DNA of 64,000 nt from an uncultured Rhabdochlamydiaceae bacterium. GTDB lineage: Bacteria; Chlamydiota; Chlamydiia; Chlamydiales; Rhabdochlamydiaceae. Shown here piece after piece: positions 7,851 to 16,623 of this stretch (positions are counted from its first letter, which is position 1; each line of letters begins with the position of its first letter). A program made the position numbers and the translations under genes. Below the pieces are notes generated by a model. The model worked only from the letters and a program-made list of their open reading frames with translations, was not told where the DNA came from and searched no databases. The stretch lies in the NCBI GenBank assembly GCA_963712275.1, contig CAVQHD010000001.1, positions 712,362-776,361 of the forward strand, in the 5' to 3' direction.

Positions 7851-10507
7851 TTTTTCCCAACAGAAATGTGAACTTCGAGGGGAACTTTCAGCTTCATCAC
7901 ATGTTCCATGCGGTGTTTGACTTCTTTTGCAAGGGTATGGATATGGTCATCGGTTGTTTCAAATAATAATTCGTCATGAATTTGAAGGAGCATGAATCCA
8001 AGATGGGAGTGGCTGAGCAGCAGCCCATCGATTTCAATCATGGCAATCTTAATGAGGTCTGCTGCAGTTCCTTGGAGGGGGGTGTTAATGGCAAGCCGCT
8101 CAGCTGCTGATCGAAGCGCTCCATTTTTGCTGGAAATCTCCGGAATAGGACGTTGCCGCCCTGTCATTGTCACTGCCCGTCCTGTTTTACGGACCGATTC
8201 TTTGCAGAATTCTAAAAATTCCTTTACGCGCTTATACCTCTCAAAATAGGCATCGATAAACTGAGAGGCTTCTTTATAGGCGATGCCTAGACCTTGGGAA
8301 AGACCGAAAGCCTGCTGTCCATAGAGAATCCCGAAGTTGACGGCTTTGGCCCTTTGACGCATCTCATCGGTCACCTCTTTGAGAGGAATGTCGAAGACAA
8401 GTGATGCTGTAAAAGCATGGATGTCCTCTCCTGCATTGAAGGCTTTAAGAAGAATGGGGTCTTCGCTTAAATGAGCTAAAAGGCGGAGTTCAATTTGAGA
8501 GTAGTCTGCAGAAAGAAAACTCCATCCACGAAGCTCAGGTTTGAAGGCGGTTCGAATTTTTTTCCCTTCCTGCGATCGGACAGGGATATTTTGAAGATTA
8601 GGATCTTTGCAAGAAAGCCTCCCTGTCGCCGTCACCGACTGATTAAATGTAGTGTGGATGCGGCCTGTCACAGGATGAATTTCTTCTGGGAGAGAGTCGA
8701 CATAGGTTGAACGTAATTTCTCAAGAGTCCGATATTCAAGAATTTGCTTAGCAATAGGCGCGGCCTCTTGGAGTTCTTCGAGCACGTCAGCGTTTGTCGA
8801 ATAACCCGTGGCGGTTTTTTTGGGAGGAGAGATCCCCATCTTGTCAAAAAGAATAGCGCTCAGCTGTTTTGGTGAATTGATATTAAACTCCTCTCCTGCC
8901 AAACCATAAATCTTTTGCTCCAGGCGGTGAAGTGCGCTCGCAAGTTCTTTAGACATTTCTTTGAGCTCGTCTCGATCGACATAAATTCCTCGGCGCTCCA
9001 TCCGCAAGAGGACGGGAATGAGAGGGAGTTCAATCGTTTTTAGAACAGATTCTACCCCTTGTTTTTCGAGCTCTTTTTCAAAGAGTGCCCGAAGTCGAAT
9101 CGTGTAGTCGACATCCTGACAGCAGTAATCTGTGATTTGATCGAGGGGAACATCAGCCATCGATTTCTGGTTTTTCCCTTTGCCAATGAGAGCTTCGATT
9201 GGAGTTTTAACAACATGAAATTTTTCTAGCGTCAGAGTATCTAAATTATGGCGTGGGTTTTGAGGCGTTAAAAGATAGGAGGCTAAAATCGTGTCGAAGG
9301 AAATCCGAGGCAGGGGAAGGGCTGCATTGGCAAGAGTGTGGAGGTCGTATTTAATGTTATGGCCAAAGAAAGATTTTTTTGGGTCATCTAAGAGATTTCG
9401 CAAAGTTTCTAAGGCAAGCTTTTTTGGAAGGGGCCCATTCAAGGGAATATACCAAGCGGTCTCTGGATGGATCCCAAGCCCAATTCCAACAAGTTCTGCG
9501 CACATGGGGCGGATATCGGTTGTTTCGACATCCAGGCAGAGATCTCGCTCTTCTTTAAGGGTTTCGTATAGAGCGTGGAGCTCTCCTTCTGTTTGCACGA
9601 GGCGGTAGTTGTGGGAGGCTGCCTGTTTTTTCTCTTGGCTTAGAGGAAGCGCTTTTTCATCCATCTCCTTTAGTAAAGAGAGGAAATGCATCTCATGGTA
9701 GAACTGCTTGAGCTCTTCTAACCGCGGATGTTTGATATGAAAGAACATCTCTTCCTTTGGAAAATCGATATTCAAGTGAAGGGTGGCAAGCTTTCGGCTT
9801 AAAAGGGCGATTTCTTTTTGCTCGCGGAGCACGTTTTGTTTTTTTTCTCCAGGGACCTTATCGGGGTGGGCCAAAATGGTGTCAAGATCGCCGAATTGCT
9901 GGAGAAGGGCGACGGCGGTTTTAGGACCAAACCCCTCAAGGCCGGGGATATTGTCTGAAGCGTCGCCCACCATTGCAAGATAATCAATCATCTGCTCAGG
10001 GGTGACTCCAAAGAGCTCTTTCACTTTTTCAGCATCGATTTCAAGGTTGTCTTTACTGGGGTTGATAAGGTGGATTCTATCGCAGACGAGTTGGCATAAG
10101 TCTTTGTCGCTGCTGCAGAGCTTCACTTTGATTTTCTGTTTGTCTGCCCATACAGCGATGCTTCCGATCGTATCATCCGCTTCCACCCCCGGCACAGAAA
10201 GGAGCGGGATGCCGGCAAGTTCGCACCAGTGGGAAGCTTTTTCGAGTTGGGGAAACAGATCTTCGGGCATTCCCTTCCGATGGATTTTATAATCTGCAAA
10301 AAGATCTAGCCGGCTTTTTTTGTTATTAGGCCCATCAAAGACCGCAACCAAAAAATCGGGAGAAAAATCGGCAATGATCTTATAGACCGATCGAATAAAT
10401 CCAAAAAGGGCATTTGTCGACTCACCCTTCGGATTTGTCATCGGTTGAATGGCGTAATAAGCCCTGAAAAGAAAGTTAAGGGAGTCAATGATGAAAAGTT
10501 GTTTCAT
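7835..10507 (-). CDS. polA: DNA polymerase I
   Basis: 890 aa with a 5-prime nuclease domain, a 3-5 exonuclease-like domain and family-A polymerase motifs (DYSQIELR, KAVNFGILYG, QIHDEL). Confidence 0.97.
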   Translation of the reverse strand: MKQLFIIDSLNFLFRAYYAIQPMTNPKGESTNALFGFIRSVYKIIADFSPDFLVAVFDGPNNKKSRLDLFADYKIHRKGMPEDLFPQLEKASHWCELAGIPLLSVPGVEADDTIGSIAVWADKQKIKVKLCSSDKDLCQLVCDRIHLINPSKDNLEIDAEKVKELFGVTPEQMIDYLAMVGDASDNIPGLEGFGPKTAVALLQQFGDLDTILAHPDKVPGEKKQNVLREQKEIALLSRKLATLHLNIDFPKEEMFFHIKHPRLEELKQFYHEMHFLSLLKEMDEKALPLSQEKKQAASHNYRLVQTEGELHALYETLKEERDLCLDVETTDIRPMCAELVGIGLGIHPETAWYIPLNGPLPKKLALETLRNLLDDPKKSFFGHNIKYDLHTLANAALPLPRISFDTILASYLLTPQNPRHNLDTLTLEKFHVVKTPIEALIGKGKNQKSMADVPLDQITDYCCQDVDYTIRLRALFEKELEKQGVESVLKTIELPLIPVLLRMERRGIYVDRDELKEMSKELASALHRLEQKIYGLAGEEFNINSPKQLSAILFDKMGISPPKKTATGYSTNADVLEELQEAAPIAKQILEYRTLEKLRSTYVDSLPEEIHPVTGRIHTTFNQSVTATGRLSCKDPNLQNIPVRSQEGKKIRTAFKPELRGWSFLSADYSQIELRLLAHLSEDPILLKAFNAGEDIHAFTASLVFDIPLKEVTDEMRQRAKAVNFGILYGQQAFGLSQGLGIAYKEASQFIDAYFERYKRVKEFLEFCKESVRKTGRAVTMTGRQRPIPEISSKNGALRSAAERLAINTPLQGTAADLIKIAMIEIDGLLLSHSHLGFMLLQIHDELLFETTDDHIHTLAKEVKHRMEHVMKLKVPLEVHISVGKNWGEC

Positions 10508-11547
10508 CCTGAAGGTTGGTAGTAATATAAAAATTTGCCGCTGAGCTCGCTCATATCGGAGCTTCCAAGTCCAAGAGCGCCTCGAAATGCTTTCATTGGG
10601 GCAATTGTTTGCGCGAGGTTGCTAAAGAAGGGATGCGGGGGAGTCAGCTGAACCACTTGATAATGTTCTTTATCATCAATTTTGGCTGCAGAGGCAAGCA
10701 TTTGAACAGCTTCGCTATAGTCGCTATGCCCACTGTCAACATAACCCAGTTTTTCGGCTTCTTGCGCGATAAACACATGGGCTCCGTACTCATTGATGAG
10801 CTTATCTTTTGTCAACATGGGACGGGCAGCCGCCACAATAGAAACAAACCGATCATACAGAGCTGCCATGATCGGTTGTAAAGGGGCTCCTTCATCAGGC
10901 GTCCAGGGACGAAACGGGTTTAAACTATCTTTGTCTTTTCCTTGTGTCAAGGTCAAAGCGGCAACTCCATATTTTGTCATGGCGTCGGCAAAGTTAAAAT
11001 TAGGCCCCATTCGGACGCCGACAGATCCTATAATACTTGAAGGGCTTGCAAAGATTTTGTCCGCTGCACAAGCAATATACATCCCTCCGGAGGCGCAAAG
11101 GCCATCGACATAGGCGTGGATTGGGATGTTGTATTTTTGTTTATAGGCCATTAAGATCCGGTAGATTGTATCTGCGTCTGATGCAGCGCCGCCAGGCGTG
11201 TCTAAATGCAGGAGGACCCCTTTGACGCGACCTCCCTTTAGAAAATCTTCTTGTGAGTCGAGAAGCACATTGATCATCTTCTCGCTTGTCAGATCTCCTA
11301 TCCCAATGACCCCATGAAAATCAAGTCGAAGAAGAGCCGGCGCGCTGGCTGGCAGCATCATCCGGTTTCCAGCGGCATCTGGCATGATAAGAGTTTCTGG
11401 TTTGGGAGGGAGAAAATTAGGCCCTGTGATAACAGCTAGCCCAATCCCTACAATCCCAAAACCTAAGGCAACGCCTAGAATGATCGCAACCGATTTACAA
11501 AACGACCGAACTGCTCCCCCAAAGATCGATTCGCGAGTGAATTCCAT
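10504..11547 (-). CDS. sppA: Signal peptide peptidase SppA (36K type, S49 family)
   Basis: 347 aa with an N-terminal TM helix. S49 motifs are present (LDTPGG, CASGGMYIA, GSVGV). Confidence 0.9.
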   Translation of the reverse strand: MEFTRESIFGGAVRSFCKSVAIILGVALGFGIVGIGLAVITGPNFLPPKPETLIMPDAAGNRMMLPASAPALLRLDFHGVIGIGDLTSEKMINVLLDSQEDFLKGGRVKGVLLHLDTPGGAASDADTIYRILMAYKQKYNIPIHAYVDGLCASGGMYIACAADKIFASPSSIIGSVGVRMGPNFNFADAMTKYGVAALTLTQGKDKDSLNPFRPWTPDEGAPLQPIMAALYDRFVSIVAAARPMLTKDKLINEYGAHVFIAQEAEKLGYVDSGHSDYSEAVQMLASAAKIDDKEHYQVVQLTPPHPFFSNLAQTIAPMKAFRGALGLGSSDMSELSGKFLYYYQPSG

Positions 11548-11611
11548 ACCTTGCCTTTTGTTGATTAAACCTATCTTAGAAGGTTATCTATAAATCATCA
11601 ACACCCACAAT

Positions 11612-12421
11612 TTAAGAAATGGAAATCCATGTTGCTACAATTGGCACGCCATTACTGGAAGTGATTCGAAGATACTTTCTGTCTGAAATTGATTTTCCAT
11701 CAGCAGGGCGCTCATAGCCATAGAGCAGTTCAAATGCAGCATCCCGAACTTCATCTAATTCCCTTTGAACCAGTTGGTCTAAGGAGGTGATCTTGGAAGA
11801 TATCTTCGCTAGATAAGCTTTAGCCAGTGGGCGTAAAGCTTGGTTGGAGCAAATAATTTTATAGATGTGTGTAGTTGCTTTGTCTGTACCTTTGTCTGGC
11901 TTTTCTACATCAAAATTTTTCAATCCTATATCGAGCTGTTGATCAAGATTTTCTAGTTTTTCATTAAGCTGTTGTTCATTCATCCGTTTTTTAGGATCGA
12001 ATCCTTTGCTTAATTCTTCGCGAAGTAACCTTCTTTTTTCATGAGCGACAGCTCGAAGGCCAGAAGAGATTCCTGCAAAACAGATATGTACATCTCTTAA
12101 TCGCTCCTCATATTCTACTGTGAGCACTTGTGTGGAACGGTTGGATAAGAGCAACGCCGTCATTCCTGCGCCTGCCAAACCGGCCGCCGCAATAGGCCCA
12201 TGTTTAGAAAGAAATTTCAAGGCAGCTCCTGCGAGTGCTAAAGCGGCCAATCCCGCGGTAACGATGTAAGGATTACGTGTAGTTGTGGTCACGTATTTTT
12301 GTACATGGGTTGAGAATTGGGAGGCTACTGTTCCATTAAAATCATCAATGATTGCTTGAAACCTTGAGACGATTCCCAAATTAACTGCTGTGGCCATAAG
12401 AAACCTCCTTTGCGCTTTCAA
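11612..12421 (-). CDS. Inc-like (inclusion membrane protein-like) protein, tandem paralogue 1
   Basis: 269 aa. Bilobed hydrophobic segment YIVTAGLAALALAGAALKFLSKHGPIAAAGLAGAGMTALLL. It shares its N-terminus, the bilobed domain and the C-terminal AAFELLYGYERPADGK.ISD motif with 12515..13246. Confidence 0.6.
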   Translation of the reverse strand: MKAQRRFLMATAVNLGIVSRFQAIIDDFNGTVASQFSTHVQKYVTTTTRNPYIVTAGLAALALAGAALKFLSKHGPIAAAGLAGAGMTALLLSNRSTQVLTVEYEERLRDVHICFAGISSGLRAVAHEKRRLLREELSKGFDPKKRMNEQQLNEKLENLDQQLDIGLKNFDVEKPDKGTDKATTHIYKIICSNQALRPLAKAYLAKISSKITSLDQLVQRELDEVRDAAFELLYGYERPADGKSISDRKYLRITSSNGVPIVATWISIS

Positions 12422-12514
12422 AAAGAGAATTATGGGGAATCATCTCTTTTGGCACAATTTTTTTACCTGGAAATTCAACTGATTTCTTGTTAAGCTCTTC
12501 CTCCTGGACTCATA

Positions 12515-13246
12515 TTAAGGAATCCATGGCTTTATGATGGGCACGCTGCCATCCGTATCGATAGCAAGATATGTTTTATCTGAAATCGGTTTTCCATCAG
12601 CAGGGCGCTCATAGCCATAGAGCAGTTCAAATGCAGCATTCTTCAGTTGGGTTATTTCATACTGAACCAGTGGGTCTGAGAAACGGGATATCGAAGATGT
12701 TTTTTCTAAATAAGCTGCAGCAAGTGGACATAAATTTTTATTGGTTTTGGTTAGTTGGTTAAAACGCCTAATTTCTAGAGTTGTGCCAGCCTCTTCCGCT
12801 CCTTCGTTAAATTTTTCTAATCTCGTAGCTAGACTTGTCTTAAGATCTTCTAATGTTTTACCAGTGACTTCTTTTTGAAGTGCTTCACATAACAGTTCCC
12901 TTTTTGCACGTGCAATTGTTCGAAGGTTATCAGAAATACCTCCGAAACAATTGCATATATCCCTTATTCGTCCTATGTATTCTTTCGTGACTCTGTGCTG
13001 AGGGCGGTTGGATAAGAGCAGAGCTGTGAATCCTGCGCCTGCTAAAGCAGCTGCCGCCAGGGGTCCATGTTTAGAAAAAAGTTTCCATGCAGCTACTGCA
13101 GTTGCTAAAGCGGTCAGTCCTGCTGCAAAGATGTAATAGTTACGTGTGTTAATAGTTTTATAGTTTTGCACAGGGGTCAAAAACTTGTTTGTCACTGTTT
13201 CATCAAAGTCTTGAACAATGTTTTGAAATCTTTGGACAAAACTCAT
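12515..13246 (-). CDS. Inc-like protein, tandem paralogue 2
   Basis: 243 aa. Bilobed hydrophobic segment YYIFAAGLTALATAVAAWKLFSKHGPLAAAALAGAGFTALLL. Paralogous to 11612..12421. Confidence 0.6.
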   Translation of the reverse strand: MSFVQRFQNIVQDFDETVTNKFLTPVQNYKTINTRNYYIFAAGLTALATAVAAWKLFSKHGPLAAAALAGAGFTALLLSNRPQHRVTKEYIGRIRDICNCFGGISDNLRTIARAKRELLCEALQKEVTGKTLEDLKTSLATRLEKFNEGAEEAGTTLEIRRFNQLTKTNKNLCPLAAAYLEKTSSISRFSDPLVQYEITQLKNAAFELLYGYERPADGKPISDKTYLAIDTDGSVPIIKPWIP

Positions 13247-13356
13247 AAAGAGTCTCCTTTGTACTTTTAAAGAAGAAAATTGTAGAGGACCATTTCGTTT
13301 AGATCCACTCTTTTTTTAATTGGAAATTCAACCGATTCCTTGTTAAACTTTCTCTC

Positions 13357-14391
13357 ATGGACTCAAAGTATTTTTGGATCATTGAAGCTTTGATAGGGAT
13401 TGCTATCCTGATTGTCGTTCAATATGGGGTTAGAGTTGCGCTCTCTCGGATTGAGAGGCAAGCCTTGCAATCTCGGAAGGGATGGCGGTTACACGTGGGG
13501 AAAATTTTTCGTCCTCCGCTCACAACGCTTTTGTGGGTTTTAGGAGCTCTTTATTTAATAGACTTGGTTGGAGAGCATATTGGCTTTTCGATTGCGGTCA
13601 AATACCTAGATGCCTTTCGAAAAACGGCTATAGTTGGTTGCAGCGCTTGGATGCTTTATCGGTGGAAAGATGTCATTGAACAAATTTTTTTGGCGCATCC
13701 ATTCAAGAAAGTTGATGTGACGACGGTTCAAATGATTGGCCGCCTTGCCACTCTGGCAGTCGGTATTCTTACAGCCTTAATTATTCTTCAAATTTTTGGG
13801 GTTAATATCGGCCCCCTAGTTGCCTTTGGAAGCATTGGAGCGGCATCGCTTGGGTTTGCTGGGAAAGATGTGATGGCCAATTTTTGTAGTGGGATTATGC
13901 TCCAGGTTACACGCCCTTTTGTGATTGGAGATTTCATCTGTCTGCCCGAAAAAAATCTTGAAGGGTATGTGGAAGAAATTGGGTGGTTTCGCATTTCCCT
14001 TCGCGACAAACAAAAAAGGGCTGTTTATCTTCCGAACAATTTTCTTGCGATCATGCTTGTTGTAAATGCCTCCCGCATGACACATCGGCAGATTAAGCAA
14101 TCTTTAAAAATTGGGTTTAAAGATTTAAGCAAGGTCTCAGAAATTGTCAATCAAATGAGAAAGCATTTAGAAAAATGTCCTCAAATCGATACCCATTGCC
14201 CTTTGCATGTGTTCCTAAAGTCATTTGGGGACTATGCATGTGAAATTGAAGTGGAGGCCTACTCCACAGTCATTGACCAAGATGCCTTCAACCGTCTTCA
14301 GCACACTCTTCTTTTAGAGTTTCAAGGAATTTTCCAAGAAAAGGGGGTTCAATTACCGCTTCCTATCATGTGTTGGACTGAAAGCTCTTAG
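13357..14391 (+). CDS. mscS: Small-conductance mechanosensitive channel (MscS family)
   Basis: 344 aa with three or more N-terminal TM helices. MscS core GKDVMANFCSGIMLQVTRPFVIGDFI. Confidence 0.9.
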   Translation: MDSKYFWIIEALIGIAILIVVQYGVRVALSRIERQALQSRKGWRLHVGKIFRPPLTTLLWVLGALYLIDLVGEHIGFSIAVKYLDAFRKTAIVGCSAWMLYRWKDVIEQIFLAHPFKKVDVTTVQMIGRLATLAVGILTALIILQIFGVNIGPLVAFGSIGAASLGFAGKDVMANFCSGIMLQVTRPFVIGDFICLPEKNLEGYVEEIGWFRISLRDKQKRAVYLPNNFLAIMLVVNASRMTHRQIKQSLKIGFKDLSKVSEIVNQMRKHLEKCPQIDTHCPLHVFLKSFGDYACEIEVEAYSTVIDQDAFNRLQHTLLLEFQGIFQEKGVQLPLPIMCWTESS

Positions 14392-14558
14392 AGACTGTCT
14401 ACGGATTCAGTTTCGGTCGATTTTTGGGTCTGGTTCAAATTCTTCATAGAGCAGGTAACACTTTTTTCGCCTTTTACCAGGAGAATGGCACAAAAAGTGT
14501 TACCCCACTTTGAACCAGACCCAAAAATCGACGAAACCTGAATCCGTAGACAGTCTCT
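14390..14558. repeat. 169-bp nested palindromic element (family A, copy A3)
   Basis: AGAGACTGTCTACGGATTCAGTTTCGGTCGATTTTTGGG...CCCAAAAATCGACGAAACCTGAATCCGTAGACAGTCTCT. It overlaps the TAG of mscS by 2 nt and the TAA of pgsA by 1 nt, so it fills the convergent spacer exactly. Confidence 0.85.
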
Positions 14559-15076
14559 TAACTCTTATCCGTTGAGCTGAGGGCGAGTTTTTTGAATTGA
14601 AAGAGCTCGTAGAGTCCAAGGAGGGCAAGGATGATAAAGACGTAGAAAAATAGAGGGGAAACAGGGTACCCGAGGGTTACCGCAACGAGGACTAAAAATT
14701 GAAGTGCTGTTGCTATTTTTCCCCACCGAATCGATCGGAACTGGTAGGTTTGCCATAAGCCTGAAAGGCTTAAATACAAGCCAAACAAACAAAGGGCAAA
14801 ATCTCGTGAAACCATCGTCAGTGCTTGCCAGAGCTCTATTCTTTGTTCAGCGAATAAAACGCCTAATGTAAAAAAGACAAAGAATTTATCCATTGCCGGG
14901 TCTAAAACAGCTCCAAAGCGGGAGGTCGTTTTAGATCGGCGCGCCACATAGCCATCAATGCTATCTGTCAACATGGCAAGGAGAATGGACATAAGCCGAA
15001 ATGTAGGGCTTTCCAATAAAAAAATAAAAGCTAGAGGTGCCCTCAGAAGGGACAAACTGTTGGACAGGTTGATCAT
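14558..15076 (-). CDS. pgsA: CDP-alcohol phosphatidyltransferase (phosphatidylglycerophosphate synthase-like)
   Basis: 172 aa. Motif DSIDGYVARRSKTTSRFGAVLDPAMDK matches DG(x2)AR(x8)G(x3)D(x3)D. Confidence 0.85.
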   Translation of the reverse strand: MINLSNSLSLLRAPLAFIFLLESPTFRLMSILLAMLTDSIDGYVARRSKTTSRFGAVLDPAMDKFFVFFTLGVLFAEQRIELWQALTMVSRDFALCLFGLYLSLSGLWQTYQFRSIRWGKIATALQFLVLVAVTLGYPVSPLFFYVFIILALLGLYELFQFKKLALSSTDKS

Positions 15077-15699
15077 GACTTTTGTAGGTTTTCCACAGCT
15101 GCTTTTTTCCTTCGCTTATACCAAAGAAGAGTAATTACCGTCACACCGAAAGCTAAAAAAATCGTTAGGTTGATGATCTTTAGATGATCCAGTAAAGATT
15201 GAAAATTTTTCCCTAAGGTAAAAAAAAGATAGAAAGAAACAGAGCTCCAGGTAAAAGAAGCTGGTAAATCCCATAGGGCAAATTTATAAAAAGGGATGCG
15301 GCTCATTCCTGAGGACATAAAAATGCAATTTCGGATTCCGAAGGGGATGAAACGACCTAGCATGAGCGTCCACGCCCCATATTTGCGGTAAAACTGTTCA
15401 ATACGTGACATTCGAGAGGGTGGAAAAAGCTTTTGAAACCACTTGAGCCGATGCAGTTGCTGACCTACTAACCGACCAAACCAATAAGCGATCCAGGCTG
15501 AAAAATAACAACCCAAAAAGATCGCTAAATAGAGATGCCATACTTGCTCTGGGATTAAGGTCGCTGCAAGAAATGCAGCGCCAACAACAAGGATATCTAC
15601 GCTAATGGGGATATTAAATCCCGCAAGCAGAATAGCTCCAAATATCAACCAATGGGCATGCTGCGCGTGCTGTACGATCCAATCGATGAGACCTTCCAT
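15073..15699 (-). CDS. DedA-family membrane protein
   Basis: 208 aa, polytopic, with the DedA/SNARE-associated signature region (LGRFIPFGIRNCIFMSSGMSRIPFYKF). Confidence 0.85.
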   Translation of the reverse strand: MEGLIDWIVQHAQHAHWLIFGAILLAGFNIPISVDILVVGAAFLAATLIPEQVWHLYLAIFLGCYFSAWIAYWFGRLVGQQLHRLKWFQKLFPPSRMSRIEQFYRKYGAWTLMLGRFIPFGIRNCIFMSSGMSRIPFYKFALWDLPASFTWSSVSFYLFFTLGKNFQSLLDHLKIINLTIFLAFGVTVITLLWYKRRKKAAVENLQKS

Positions 15700-15803
15700 A
15701 GTCTCTATTTTACCGGTCTGACTGGTTAATAGGGGAGATAATTATTTTTTGAGAGATCTGATAAATCATTTACATTTCAATCAGATTATTATAAATATAA
15801 ATT

Positions 15804-16247
15804 ATGAATAAAAAATATTTGTTAATATCTGTTGTTGTAGGACTTATTTTAATTACAACAGCTATTTTAAAATGGGTGTTTCCTTCACCGCGAGATCCTA
15901 TATTGTATTTTATTGTGGGGGCTGCTGAAGCTGCCTTTGGTGCTATTTTAATCGTCTGCCGCAGGTCATGGAGGGTTTGGGCTCTTTTTACATTGGTCCT
16001 TTCCCTTGGGGCTGGATTTTCGCTTTATACGACGATTTTTGAGCTTCCCTGTTCTTGCTTTGGGGCAGCCTTTGAGTTTCCTCGAGGGGTGCCGCTGAGC
16101 TTAAATGGGCTAATGTTTGCAGCGGCCTGGAGGGTTTTAGGCAGTTATCCATCTCATCCTATAGAGCTTAGAAGAATAATTTTGTTTTTTTCTGTTTTTT
16201 GCGTGACCGGGTTTGTTATTGCAGGGATTTATTACGGTATAACTTGA
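15804..16247 (+). CDS. Small polytopic membrane protein (possibly MauE/DoxX-like)
   Basis: 147 aa with 4 predicted hydrophobic helices and an LPCSCFG motif. The family assignment is tentative. Confidence 0.45.
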   Translation: MNKKYLLISVVVGLILITTAILKWVFPSPRDPILYFIVGAAEAAFGAILIVCRRSWRVWALFTLVLSLGAGFSLYTTIFELPCSCFGAAFEFPRGVPLSLNGLMFAAAWRVLGSYPSHPIELRRIILFFSVFCVTGFVIAGIYYGIT

Positions 16248-16290
16248 CTGATTAATTATTTTTAATATATTCCTATTTTTTGGAGGGGTT

Positions 16291-16623
16291 ATGAAGAAAA
16301 ATCGGTCATTAGAGGCAAATCTACAGGCAGCTAAAACCGCTGTTCACGAAATGATACGTCATTGGCATCATTGGAAAGAAGCGCGAGAGATGGAGACCAA
16401 AACAGAGGCGATTGCGGCCTACGCTGCTGCATTTACAAACTGTAAAGTCTATATTGAAAATTATCTCAAGCATATCTATCCAAACGAGCAGAAAGTGCCG
16501 ATGAAGATCTCTCAAGATATTCGGAAGATCGTTGGTGAGATGGATGTAATTGAAAAGACAAATGCAAAAAAGCTAAACCAAGCAATTCAAGGGATAGAGC
16601 AGCTCAGCCGAGATGCGGCCTAG
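16291..16623 (+). CDS. Hypothetical soluble protein
   Basis: 110 aa. GGAGGGG Shine-Dalgarno 2 nt upstream of the ATG. Helical, charged composition. No family recognised. Confidence 0.5.
   Translation: MKKNRSLEANLQAAKTAVHEMIRHWHHWKEAREMETKTEAIAAYAAAFTNCKVYIENYLKHIYPNEQKVPMKISQDIRKIVGEMDVIEKTNAKKLNQAIQGIEQLSRDAA

Noticed and set aside
14390-14558. Family-A palindromes at gene 3-prime ends could be integron attC sites or gene cassettes.
   Set aside because: There are no GTTRRRY/RYYYAAC core sites at the ends and no integrase. The flanking genes are conserved chromosomal genes (mscS, pgsA) in convergent orientation, which does not fit a cassette array.
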